A stretch of 64,000 nt of DNA, from NCBI GenBank assembly GCA_031547465.1, contig JAVBRX010000034.1, positions 2,323 to 66,322 of the forward strand, read 5' to 3'. Every line of letters begins with the position of its first letter. Position 1 is the stretch's first letter. Below the pieces are notes generated by a model. The model did not search any database. It was not told where the DNA came from and saw nothing but the letters and a program-made list of their open reading frames with translations. Origin of the DNA: Microvirga sp. GTDB lineage: Bacteria; Pseudomonadota; Alphaproteobacteria; Rhizobiales; Beijerinckiaceae. The position numbers were made by a program, and so were the translations under genes. Shown in pieces: positions 53,561 through 64,000 of this stretch.

Positions 53561-55105
53561 ATGGTGACACGGGTTGCAACCGTTGCATTCGAGGGCATTG
53601 AGGCGCGTTCCGTCGATGTGCAGGTGCAGATTTCCAACGGCACGGTCGGGTTCACCATCGTCGGGCTGCCCGACAAGGCGGTGGCGGAATCGCGTGAGCG
53701 GGTGCGTTCGGCGCTGATCGCCTCCGGGCTGGCACTGCCGCTGAAGCGCATCACCATCAACCTTGCGCCCGCCGATCTGCCGAAGGAAGGCAGCCATTAC
53801 GACCTGCCGATCGCGCTCGGCATCATGGCCTCGATCGGCGCGATTCCTGCCGACGCCCTCGATGACCTGACGGTCCTCGGCGAGTTGGCGCTCGACGGCT
53901 CGATCACGGCAGTGGCAGGCGTTCTGCCGGCAGCGGTGGCGGCGAACGAGCGCGGGCACGGCCTTGTCTGTCCGGTCTCCTGCGGCGCGGAGGCGGCATG
54001 GGCGGGCGCGGAGATCGACATTCTCGCCCCCGCCTCGCTGGCGCAACTCGCCAATCATTTCGCCGGACGGCAGGTGATGAGCCGCCCCGCGCCAGGCATC
54101 GCTCCGCAGCCGGGGCATCTGCCGGACCTGCGCGAGGTCAAGGGCCAGGAAAGCGCTAAACGTGCGCTCGAAATCGCCGCCGCCGGAGCGCATAACCTGC
54201 TGTTCACCGGGCCGCCCGGCGCAGGCAAATCCATGCTGGCGCAACGATTGCCGTCAATCCTGCCCGTCCTGTCGCCGCGTGAGCTTCTGGAAGTGTCGAT
54301 GATCCAATCGGTTGCCGGAGTACTGGAGAACGGCAGCCTGACCGACCGGCGGCCTTTCCGCGCCCCGCACCATTCGGCCTCGATGGCGGCTTTGGTCGGC
54401 GGCGGCATCGGCGCGAAGCCGGGCGAGATTTCCCTGGCCCATAACGGCGTCCTGTTTCTCGATGAATTGCCGGAATTTCAGCCGCAGGTTCTCGACGCGC
54501 TGCGCCAGCCGCTGGAAACCGGTGAGGTGATGATCGCCCGCGCCAACCGTCGCGCCACTTATCCGGCACGCTTCCAGCTGGTGGCGGCAATGAATCCATG
54601 CCGGTGCGGACATGGTTCGGAACCAGGCTACGTCTGCCGCCGCCAGCCCAATGAGCGCTGCATGGCACAATATCAGGCACGGATTTCCGGGCCGTTCCTC
54701 GACCGTATCGACCTCGCCATCGACGTTCCTGCCGTCAGCGCCGCCGACCTGATTCTGCCGTCGCCCACCGAGGGATCAAAAGAGGTAGCGGCGCGGGTGG
54801 CGGCAGCGCGGGAGCGGCAGGCGCAACGCTATGCGGCACGGGGATTGGCCGGAATTTCGACCAACGCTGCCTGTCCACCATCCCTGGTGCAGGAAATCGC
54901 CGAACCGGATGCCGACGGGGTGAAGCTGTTGCAGGGAGCCGCCGACCGGATGCGTCTGTCAGCGCGGGCGTTCCATCGGGTGCTGAAAGTAGCGCGCACT
55001 CTGGCCGATCTCGACGGCGAAGCGCGGGTGCGCCGCATTCATATCGCCGAAGCGCTGTCCTTTCGGATCGCCGCCCCGGCGGAATCCGGCCTCGCGTCAG
55101 CCTGA
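53561..55105 (+). CDS. comM: YifB/ComM-family Mg-chelatase-like AAA+ ATPase
   Basis: ESRERVRSAL, NLAPADLPKEG, GPPGAGKS, PFRAPHHS and FLDELPEF. Confidence 0.93.
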   Translation: MVTRVATVAFEGIEARSVDVQVQISNGTVGFTIVGLPDKAVAESRERVRSALIASGLALPLKRITINLAPADLPKEGSHYDLPIALGIMASIGAIPADALDDLTVLGELALDGSITAVAGVLPAAVAANERGHGLVCPVSCGAEAAWAGAEIDILAPASLAQLANHFAGRQVMSRPAPGIAPQPGHLPDLREVKGQESAKRALEIAAAGAHNLLFTGPPGAGKSMLAQRLPSILPVLSPRELLEVSMIQSVAGVLENGSLTDRRPFRAPHHSASMAALVGGGIGAKPGEISLAHNGVLFLDELPEFQPQVLDALRQPLETGEVMIARANRRATYPARFQLVAAMNPCRCGHGSEPGYVCRRQPNERCMAQYQARISGPFLDRIDLAIDVPAVSAADLILPSPTEGSKEVAARVAAARERQAQRYAARGLAGISTNAACPPSLVQEIAEPDADGVKLLQGAADRMRLSARAFHRVLKVARTLADLDGEARVRRIHIAEALSFRIAAPAESGLASA

Positions 55106-55209
55106 GAATGGGCAATAACCTTACCAAGCTTTTGCACGAGCAACCGCTGATAAGCTCCGACAACGCCCTACAATGAATTTTCCTGAACCACGTAATCTGG
55201 AGAAATACA

Positions 55210-55420
55210 TTGAAAATCAGTGCCCGCAATCAGATCAAGGGGGAAAATCGTCGAAATCGTTAAAGACTCGATGACTGCCCATACCCGTATCGATATCGGC
55301 GGAATCGTAATCACTTCCGCAATCACCAATGAAGCGGTCGATGATCTCAAGTTTAAAGCCGGTGATGAAGCTTATGCCATCATCAAGGCGTCCGACATTA
55401 TGGTTGGCATTGAGAGCTGA
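55210..55420 (+). pseudogene. mop: Mop/TOBE molybdate-binding protein, frameshifted
   Basis: TTG start after GGAGA gives MKISARNQIKG. An extra G in the G5 run at 55239-55243 shifts the rest (SAITNEAVDDL...AIIKASDIM) into another frame. Confidence 0.8.
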
Positions 55421-55487
55421 ATCTCTCGGATCGATTCCGAAAGTTCTGACGAAGGGATTTCGTTTGATTTTTCGGATGGACGGAAGC

Positions 55488-55591
55488 TAGAGCGTTTTGC
55501 GTTCACACGGAATCGCAAAACGCTCTAAGTGCTTTGATTTCGCAATGTTTTTCGCGTTTAACCGGTATCCACTTAAACGCACATTGCTCTA
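55488..55591 (+). repeat. Full-length 104-bp BRU-RS/RIME-like repeat
   Basis: TAGAGCGTTTTGCG...CGCAAAACGCTCTA...GTTTAACCGGTATCCACTTAAACGC..ATTGCTCTA. Confidence 0.88.
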
Positions 55592-56062
55592 TATCGTCGC
55601 CCACCTGAGAATCTCCCGCTTGCGGCGGAGCAAGCGGGACAAAACCGTGTATATCCGGTTTGATGTCAAAAAGCGGTGTACCGTTGAGGCAATCGAGACC
55701 TCGGACGAGAATTACGTTGCCTTCCACTCGCTCCAAACGAACAATGAACGTACCGATGGGATTGGGGCGAACCGGCGTCCGCAATGAAAAAGTTCCGTGC
55801 ACTTCCCCATTATTCGCCGGACTCTGAAGGATGAGATCGCGACGGGACAGATTGAGCCAATAAAGAATTTCCAGTGGCTCGTACCCCTCCACTCCTTTCA
55901 AGCTGGATCCCATGGATCGAATATTTCGATACGACACAAGGGACCATCTGGCCGCCCCTGCCGGGGTGTTTCGATGTGCCCGATGAATATGAGACCGGTA
56001 TCCGTCGGCGCAGGAAGTTCGGCGGCAACCTCATTTTCCCGGATTTCGTTTTCCCGCACCAT
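55503..56062 (-). pseudogene. tsaA: TsaA/TrmO (YaeB-family) SAM-binding protein, frameshifted
   Basis: The N-part MVRENE...PRQG...PWDPA* and the C-part LKG...GTFSLRTPVRPNPIG...GLDCLNGTPLFDIKP are in different frames (1-nt loss near 55901). Confidence 0.82.
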
Positions 56063-56156
56063 AATGGCCAATCCTCTCAGACGCACGATTCCGAATGTCA
56101 TGTCTTCGTGAACACAATGCGCTGTCAATTCACCCGAACAAATTCAATCGTGAACC

Positions 56157-56879
56157 TCACGGAGCGAGGCTGGGGCCGCAGGTCCGCAAGACATCGGCTT
56201 CGAATTTGTCGATGCGCTCGCGAACGATTCGCGCCGCCTCGACACCATCCTGTCGTCTGAAACATGCGACCAGCGTCGAGAGATCCTCCTTAAGGAAGTG
56301 AATATTGCAACCTTTCAAACGCGCCAGCACCCAGTAGCGGATCACGCGGTCGCACAAACCTTCAAGAATCTGCACCAGAGCAAAGTTACACCCGGCCTCG
56401 GCCACGCAGGTATAAAACTGGCGGTAGGTATCGACTACCAGATCGAAATCGGCTGTTTCATCCAGATTCGGCAGCAGGGTTTCGAGATATTCGATGGTCG
56501 CCTGATCCAGTGGCCGGATTGCCGCAGCTGCGGCAACCGCAGGCAGAATAATGCGTCGCACCGCCAAACCGATCATGAGATCGCTTTTCGACAGATCGCT
56601 TACGCATATGCCGCTGCGCGGAGAAATTTTTACCAGCCCGTCCCGGTGCAGTCGGTGCAGGGCATAGTTGACCGGCGTCCGCCCGAGATCGAGTTGCTTG
56701 CAGATGGCGGCCTCGCTCAAAGAACTTCCCGGCAGAAGGCGGAGGTGAATGATATTTTCCTTCAGCAGACGATAGGCCCGCTCGGTCATTGTTTCATGCA
56801 CCCGTTGCCGGGGACGGGTTATATTCTCCGCCTGGGCATCGACCTCCCTAGATTTCCGTTTCCGAACTCTCTGCGCCAT
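56157..56879 (-). CDS. GntR-family (FCD) transcriptional regulator
   Basis: AYRLLKENII...LLPG..LSE...LGRTPV..AL.RL..DGLV...PRSG winged HTH. Confidence 0.85.
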   Translation of the reverse strand: MAQRVRKRKSREVDAQAENITRPRQRVHETMTERAYRLLKENIIHLRLLPGSSLSEAAICKQLDLGRTPVNYALHRLHRDGLVKISPRSGICVSDLSKSDLMIGLAVRRIILPAVAAAAAIRPLDQATIEYLETLLPNLDETADFDLVVDTYRQFYTCVAEAGCNFALVQILEGLCDRVIRYWVLARLKGCNIHFLKEDLSTLVACFRRQDGVEAARIVRERIDKFEADVLRTCGPSLAP

Positions 56880-57638
56880 GGGATCGTTCCTGACTCGGCA
56901 CGACAATTCCAAGACACGACAACCACAACCGATGAAGGTATGCGAAAGCATCCGCCCTGCCGGGTTGCAATGTCGACACTGGCGCAGCGCACCGCAGCCT
57001 ATGTCGGAAATGACTTCCATCTTTTATAATGTACACGATCTTTAAGAAGTATATCTCTAATGTCATCAAATCTCAACCGCAAGCCATTTTTGGGAGAATT
57101 TAAGGTATCTGTTGCTTTTTCAATATATCTAATGTCAAACACGCCCAATTATAGATCGGTCCGGGTAAATTGTTCATTTCATAACAGAATATGTCTGAAA
57201 ATTATTTTCATAAGCTTTTAGTCGTATAGATTTCTTTATTTGATATTTCTGCGTTGCTGACTGTAGCGCGTATCCGAATTAGGTTATTTTTCTGATAACC
57301 TCCAACGAAAGAGTCTGCGATGCGGGAAAGCATTAATAATCAGAAAGTTGCACCAGACAGCCAAGTCCTCTTAAGTAAGAGGCTCTTTGGCAGTGCATTT
57401 ACTTTGCCGGTTAATGAATCGGTGTTCATACCGATAAACCCTGATCCCGATGGATACGCTTTTCGTTCTCCCGACCCGCTTCAGCCTATAGAGGCAGGAA
57501 CAACGACTCATGGTGACCAGTGCGCCATTTCTCTTGGTGTGTTTCCGCCCGGATGAAAATGCTTCGCCTCTTTAATTTCCGCACTTTCTTCGCTTGATCG
57601 CCCCTTCCTAAACGAACTCCCTTCAGAAGAGACATGAA

Positions 57639-58940
57639 ATGCAAAGCGTTCGTGAGCGACTGGAAAAAATATTCACCCGCCTCGATACCGGTTTTTCCCG
57701 GGCGAATGTTTTCACCAAAATCTATCGCGACAAGGCGCGCGCCGAGGCCGACGCTGCGGATTCCCGCCGACGCGCCGGATTGAGCCTTGGGCCGCTCGAC
57801 GGGGCCATCGTTTCGATCAAAGATTTGTTCGACATCAGGGGCGAAGTGACGCTGGCAGGGTCAAAAGCCCTGCGCGGCACGACGGCGGCGAAAAACGATA
57901 CGCTTATCGTTACCCGCCTGAGGCGCGCCGGAGCGGTGATCGTCGGCAAGACCAACATGTCGGAATTCGCTTTTACCGGTCTCGGCATCAACCCGCATTA
58001 CGGCACGCCGGGCAATGCCGTCGATCCGGAGCGCATTCCCGGCGGATCGTCGTCCGGCGCGGGGGTATCGGTTGCCGAGGATACAAGCGACATCGGCATC
58101 GGCACCGATACCGGCGGCTCGGTGCGTATTCCCGCCGCATTCAACGGCATCGTCGGTTTCAAGCCAAGCACCGGGCGGATTCCCTCCGAAGGTGCGTTTC
58201 CGCTGTCCTACACCCTCGACAGCATCGGCCCACTGGCGCGAACCGTGCAGCAATGCGCCGATGCCGACGCGGCAATGGCGGGACAGGAACCCACCATTCT
58301 CGATGGTGTGGATCTCTCCAGCCTGCGGATCGGCATTCCACGCGGGCTTCTGTTCGGGGATACCGAACCCCTGGTTGCCGAAGGATTTGAAAACGCATTG
58401 CGACTTCTGGCGCGGACCGGAGTGAGGGTCGTCGATATCAATCTAGACGATCTCATAGAAGCGCAATGGGAAACGATCGTTCCCGCCTCCATCGCCGCCA
58501 TCGAGGCCGCCGCCGCTCATGCTGCCATGCTCGATGAGCGCGCCGACGAATACGATTCGTTCGTGCGCGAGCGCATTCTGAAAGGACGAGACGCCCCCGT
58601 CGCTGCCTATATCAGGATCCTGCGCCGCCGCGCCGAACTGGTCGAAGCGATGGACCGGCGGCTCAGTGGCTTCGATGCCCTTGTCCTGCCGACGACGCCG
58701 ACCGTCGCGCCGGTGACGAAGCGGCTTCTCGATGATCTGCACGAGTACAAGAAAATGAACGCCCTGACGCTGCGCAACACAGCAATGGGCAATTTCTTCG
58801 ATCTGACCGGCATTTCCCTGCCGCTGCCCGGCATGGCCCTGCCCGCCGGATTCATGATGATGGCCCGCCATGGCGCGGACCTGCCACTGCTTGCCATGGC
58901 GAAATCCGTCGAGGCGACGTTTATGGAATACGGGTTTTAA
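57639..58940 (+). CDS. Amidase-signature family enzyme
   Basis: SIKDLFD, GKTNMSEFA, PGGSSSG and GTDTGGSVRIPA. Confidence 0.93.
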   Translation: MQSVRERLEKIFTRLDTGFSRANVFTKIYRDKARAEADAADSRRRAGLSLGPLDGAIVSIKDLFDIRGEVTLAGSKALRGTTAAKNDTLIVTRLRRAGAVIVGKTNMSEFAFTGLGINPHYGTPGNAVDPERIPGGSSSGAGVSVAEDTSDIGIGTDTGGSVRIPAAFNGIVGFKPSTGRIPSEGAFPLSYTLDSIGPLARTVQQCADADAAMAGQEPTILDGVDLSSLRIGIPRGLLFGDTEPLVAEGFENALRLLARTGVRVVDINLDDLIEAQWETIVPASIAAIEAAAAHAAMLDERADEYDSFVRERILKGRDAPVAAYIRILRRRAELVEAMDRRLSGFDALVLPTTPTVAPVTKRLLDDLHEYKKMNALTLRNTAMGNFFDLTGISLPLPGMALPAGFMMMARHGADLPLLAMAKSVEATFMEYGF

Positions 58941-59814
58941 TGCAGATGCCTGACGGTGATGAAGACCGTACCCGGCCTGTCCCCACGCCTTCGCCCTCTT
59001 CCATGAACCGAGCCGCCGTGGAGCCGGCGAGTGGCGGCGTGAGCCTTGGCCGCATCGGTTCGCTTGAGGTGCGGCTGGCGGAACGCGAGAACGACGTGCG
59101 CCGGGCGCAACGCCTGCGCTTCGAGGTGTTTTACGGCGAGCAATCGGCTCGCGCCACCCTTGGCGAGCGGTTGGGCCGCCGTGACGAAGACCGGTACGAT
59201 TCCTTGTGCGACCATCTGCTGGTGCTGGATCATGCGACGGAAGCGGGTCTGTTCGGCACGGCGAAGGCGCAGATCGTCGGTACCTGTCGGTTGTTGCGGC
59301 GTGAAGTTGCCGAGCGAGGCCCGGGATTTTACACCGCCGGAGAATATGAGATCGGCAGCCTGCTCGCTGCCCGCCCCGACCTCCGGTTTCTCGAACTGGG
59401 CCGCTCCTGCGTGCGCCAATCGCACCGCGACAAACGCACGGCGGAATTGTTGTGGCACGGCATCTGGGCCTATGTGCTGCGACACGGCATCGATGTGATG
59501 TTCGGCTGTGCCTCGTTCGAGGGTGCCGACCCGCAGGCCCATGCCCTGCCGCTCAGTTTTTTGCACCACCATGTCCTATCGCCCAAAGGCTGGCGGGTGC
59601 GGGCGGTGGCAGAGCGCTATGTGGATATGAACCTGATGCCGAAGGACGCCATTGACGTGAAGGCGGCTTTACGCACCCTGCCACCGCTCATCAAGGGCTA
59701 TCTGCGCCTTGGCGCAACCTTCGGCGACGGCGCGGTGATCGACTTCCAGTTCGGCACTACCGACGTGTTGGTGATGCTGCCGGTTGCCACTATCAGCACA
59801 CGTTATATCGGCTA

Positions 59815-60956
<1,142 letters not shown>

Positions 60957-60960
<4 letters not shown>

Positions 60961-61649
60961 AAGTCCGGGTTCTCGTAATAGGCCGGAGGAGTCATCCCCG
61001 CCGCCCGATCGGCGAGAACCGGACGGAACGATGGTCTTGACTTGACCTTCGCGTACCAATGTTTCGCCGCGTCGTCCTCTTCCCATGGCACATCGCCCAG
61101 GTAATCGACCACCGACAGCATCGCCGCCGCCGCAAGATCGGCATAGGTAATGACGCTTCCCGCCAGCCAGTCGCGGCGCGCCAGAAGAAAGCCGATATAT
61201 TTCAGATGATAGCGGATATTGGCCCGCGCCGCACGGATCGCGTTCATGTCCGGTGGCCCACCGCCGTCCTCGGTGCGGATGAAGCGCTTGAAGATCTTTT
61301 CCGTGACCAGATAATCCGTGACCTCGCCGTTGAACTTGACCAGGAACCAGTCCGTCAGCCGCCGCACCTCTACCCGGCCCGCCGGGTCTTCCGGCAGCAG
61401 GCGCTGGCTGCCGAGCGCCATGCCTCTGGTCTCATCGAGATACTCGGCGATGATTGCCGCGCCGGGAACGACAAGCCCCGCCCCCTCGATGAGAACCGGG
61501 GTTTCGCCCGCAGGGTCGATGAGCAGGAACTCGCGCCGTCGTTCCCAAGGCTTTTCTTCGACGAGGGTCGGCTCCATGCCCATCTCGCCCAGAACCAGGC
61601 GGATAAAGCGTGAGCGCGGACAGAATGGATGATGGTGTAAAGTGGCCAT
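60957..61649 (-). CDS. fzlA: GST-family FtsZ-binding protein FzlA
   Basis: HHPFCPRSRFIRL, PWERR, KSRPSFRP and C-terminal YENPDF; fzlA-queG / uppP context. Confidence 0.85.
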
Positions 61650-62088
61650 AACAGACGTTAAAGACGAAAAAGGACGGCGGGATTATGACCCGCCTGATTT
61701 CATGACCTGCCCGGTTTATCGGAACGGGCAGAATCCAGACGACAAAGCTATGAACCGATGCCGACCGGTTTTAAAACACGGCGACACCAAGAGCATAAAC
61801 TGCTTCACGACTCGGGATGAGATTGTGCGCTCCCTAAAGAACGGTCATTCGTTAACGGAACGTAAGCACAATTGCGCCTTTTCGGTTACAGACCGATGAT
61901 TTCCTGTGTTTCGCCAGTCCCGATTGCTCCGGTTATGCGTTAAAAGCCCCTGACTTTTTTACGAATCTTGAAAAAGCGGCCTCCGTATCTTTTGGGAAAT
62001 CGTGAAAAATCAATATGATAAAATAACCGTTCCACGATGTTGCGCCATAAAGCGAAAGTCCGGGCAACCGGATTCTGCGGATTTAACC

Positions 62089-62928
62089 ATGCCTGATTTT
62101 TTTGAGGCCGCCCTGCTCGGGGCCATTGAGGGACTGACGGAGTTTCTGCCGGTTTCCTCCACCGGTCACCTGCTGCTGATCGGCCATATCCTCAGCTTTG
62201 AATCGAACGGCAAAACCTTCGAAGTTCTGGTGCAACTCGGGGCGATTCTCGCCATTCTGTCAGTTTATTTCGGTAAATTATGGCGGATCGCCGTGGCGAT
62301 ACCGTTCAGCGCCGAAGCGCGGCGGTTCGTCATCGGCATACTGGCGGCATTCCTGCCCGCCGCCATTCTCGGCGCTTTACTGCATTCCTTCATCAAGGGC
62401 GTTCTGTTCAACCCGCTCATCGTCTGCATCTCGCTCATCCTCGGCGCCTTCGTGCTGTATGCGGTTGACCGGGCGAAACTGACGGTGCGCTATTACGATG
62501 CCACCCGTTTTACGATGGCGATGTATATCAAGATCGGCATCATCCAGTGTCTCGCCATGATCCCCGGCGTTTCGCGCTCGGGGGCGACCATCGTCGGGGC
62601 GATGCTCCTCGGGGCGAACAAACGTGCAGCAGCGGAATTTTCGTTCTTTCTCGCCATACCGACCATGACGGGAGCGTTTGCTTACGACCTGATGAAAAAC
62701 TACAAGAACCTGAGTTTCGATGATGGGGTTCTGATCGTCATCGGCTTCATCTGCGCATTCATCACCGCGCTGATCGTCGTTCGGACATTCCTCGATTACA
62801 TTTCCCGTCACGGCTTCAAGCCGTTCGTCTGGTGGCGCCTGATCGTCGGCTCCGTCGGCCTCGCCTGGCTGATTGTCTACCAGTACCTTCCGGCCTATTA
62901 CCAGTCTCAGACCGTCCTGCCCGGATAA
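62089..62928 (+). CDS. uppP: Undecaprenyl-diphosphate phosphatase
   Basis: [14 protein letters not shown] and [10 protein letters not shown]. Confidence 0.96.
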   Translation: MPDFFEAALLGAIEGLTEFLPVSSTGHLLLIGHILSFESNGKTFEVLVQLGAILAILSVYFGKLWRIAVAIPFSAEARRFVIGILAAFLPAAILGALLHSFIKGVLFNPLIVCISLILGAFVLYAVDRAKLTVRYYDATRFTMAMYIKIGIIQCLAMIPGVSRSGATIVGAMLLGANKRAAAEFSFFLAIPTMTGAFAYDLMKNYKNLSFDDGVLIVIGFICAFITALIVVRTFLDYISRHGFKPFVWWRLIVGSVGLAWLIVYQYLPAYYQSQTVLPG

Positions 62929-63626
62929 CGGCACAGGTCGGCAATCGGGCAGCGTCCGCATTCGGGTTTGCGCGCCTTGCAAATATAACGCCCGTGCAGG
63001 ATCAGCCAGTGATGCGCGTGGCGCAGGTATTGTTCCGGCACCAGTTTTTCCAGCACAGCCTGCGTTTCCAGCGGCGTTTTCGTCTGCGCGAAGGGAATGC
63101 GGTTCGATACACGGAAAATATGTGTGTCAACGGCGATTCGATGCTCGCCGAAAGCGATGTTGGCGACGACGCTCGCCGTCTTCCGCCCGACGCCAGGCAG
63201 GGTTTCCAGTTCCGCCACCGTTTGCGGCACCGCGCTGCCGAAATCGTCGATCAGGCGGCGGCTGAGGGCAATAACATTTTTTGCCTTGTTATTGAAATAG
63301 TTGAGGCTGCGGATGCGCTCGCGCAGACCCTCCTCGCCAAGAGCCAGCATCGCCTGCGGCGTATCGGCGATGGGAAACAGCCTGGCGGTCGCCTTGTTAA
63401 CGCCGACATCGGTCGATTGTGCGGAAAGCACAACGGCGACCAGCAATGTGAACGGGTTGGTGTGGTCCAGTTCGCCCTTCGGCTCCGGATTGGCAACGTG
63501 GAAACGCTCGAAGATTGTCCGTATGACATCGACCCCGACAGGAGAGACGGATGTTGCGGTTTCGGACGGGGCGGACGGCTTGCGGCGGACAGCGGCTTTT
63601 ACCGTGCTGGTTTTTGACGTACTCAT
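62907..63626 (-). CDS. nth: Endonuclease III
   Basis: [16 protein letters not shown] (HhH), VDTH and the Fe-S motif CKARKPEC..C.....C. Confidence 0.96.
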   Translation of the reverse strand: MSTSKTSTVKAAVRRKPSAPSETATSVSPVGVDVIRTIFERFHVANPEPKGELDHTNPFTLLVAVVLSAQSTDVGVNKATARLFPIADTPQAMLALGEEGLRERIRSLNYFNNKAKNVIALSRRLIDDFGSAVPQTVAELETLPGVGRKTASVVANIAFGEHRIAVDTHIFRVSNRIPFAQTKTPLETQAVLEKLVPEQYLRHAHHWLILHGRYICKARKPECGRCPIADLCRYPGRTV

Positions 63627-63743
63627 GATCGGAGCATAGCGAGCGGGCGCGGTTTGGAAAAGAGTTCGTTCTTGCATTCTTCACCGTCCGCCCGGCTCTT
63701 GCACCGCTTTGGCCGATTTCCCCGATCCTGCCGCAAAGAGTCC

Positions 63744-63772
63744 CTTGCAGGGCGGAAAAACCATTCTTATAT
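63744..63772 (+). promoter_or_regulatory. RpoH-type promoter of dnaK
   Basis: CTTG-N18-CTTATAT. Confidence 0.75.
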
Positions 63773-63875
63773 GAGCGACAACGCGGGGAATGCCCGCCGG
63801 TTGTTCAACGGCGAACCTCGTTCAATCGTCATCTTTTTATCCACCAACCCGCCATGGGCCGGGCTGCTGCAATAG

Positions 63876-64000
<125 letters not shown>

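Noticed and set aside
57320-57556. 78-aa ORF between gntR and the amidase
   Set aside because: No clear RBS, atypical codon usage and no motif; not supportable as a gene.

Overview
GC-rich chromosomal segment, probably from a Hyphomicrobiales (Rhizobiales) alphaproteobacterium. This assignment is inferred from the Omp2-type porin, olsB, fzlA, the fur-olsA-miaB-phoH-ybeY-corC-lnt-metK-trmB gene order and BRU-RS/RIME-like repeats. The window holds a complete clade I nitrous-oxide reductase cluster (nosRZDFYLX) and housekeeping or metabolic genes: ltaE, dat, gdhA, hisZG, tal, ppk2, ruvB, ybgC, groESL with a CIRCE element, cycA, glnD, grpE, ilvA, queG, uppP, nth and the start of dnaK. It also holds a six-gene ynbABCD-like lipid-modification operon whose product is unknown. 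The most unusual parts are: (1) a ~2.1 kb AT-rich islet between ybgC and groEL, with a PD-(D/E)XK-like nuclease gene, an XRE regulator bracketed by perfect 19-bp inverted repeats, and a collapsed lipoprotein pseudogene; (2) a 123-bp IS256-like miniature element next to an extremely AT-rich tract; (3) at least seven copies of a ~105-bp palindromic TAGAGC...GCTCTA repeat, several at synteny breakpoints; (4) an unannotated 54-aa ORF directly upstream of nosR; (5) adjacent frameshifted mop and tsaA pseudogenes. I saw no tRNA, rRNA or CRISPR array. All calls come from reading motifs by eye; no database searches were run.
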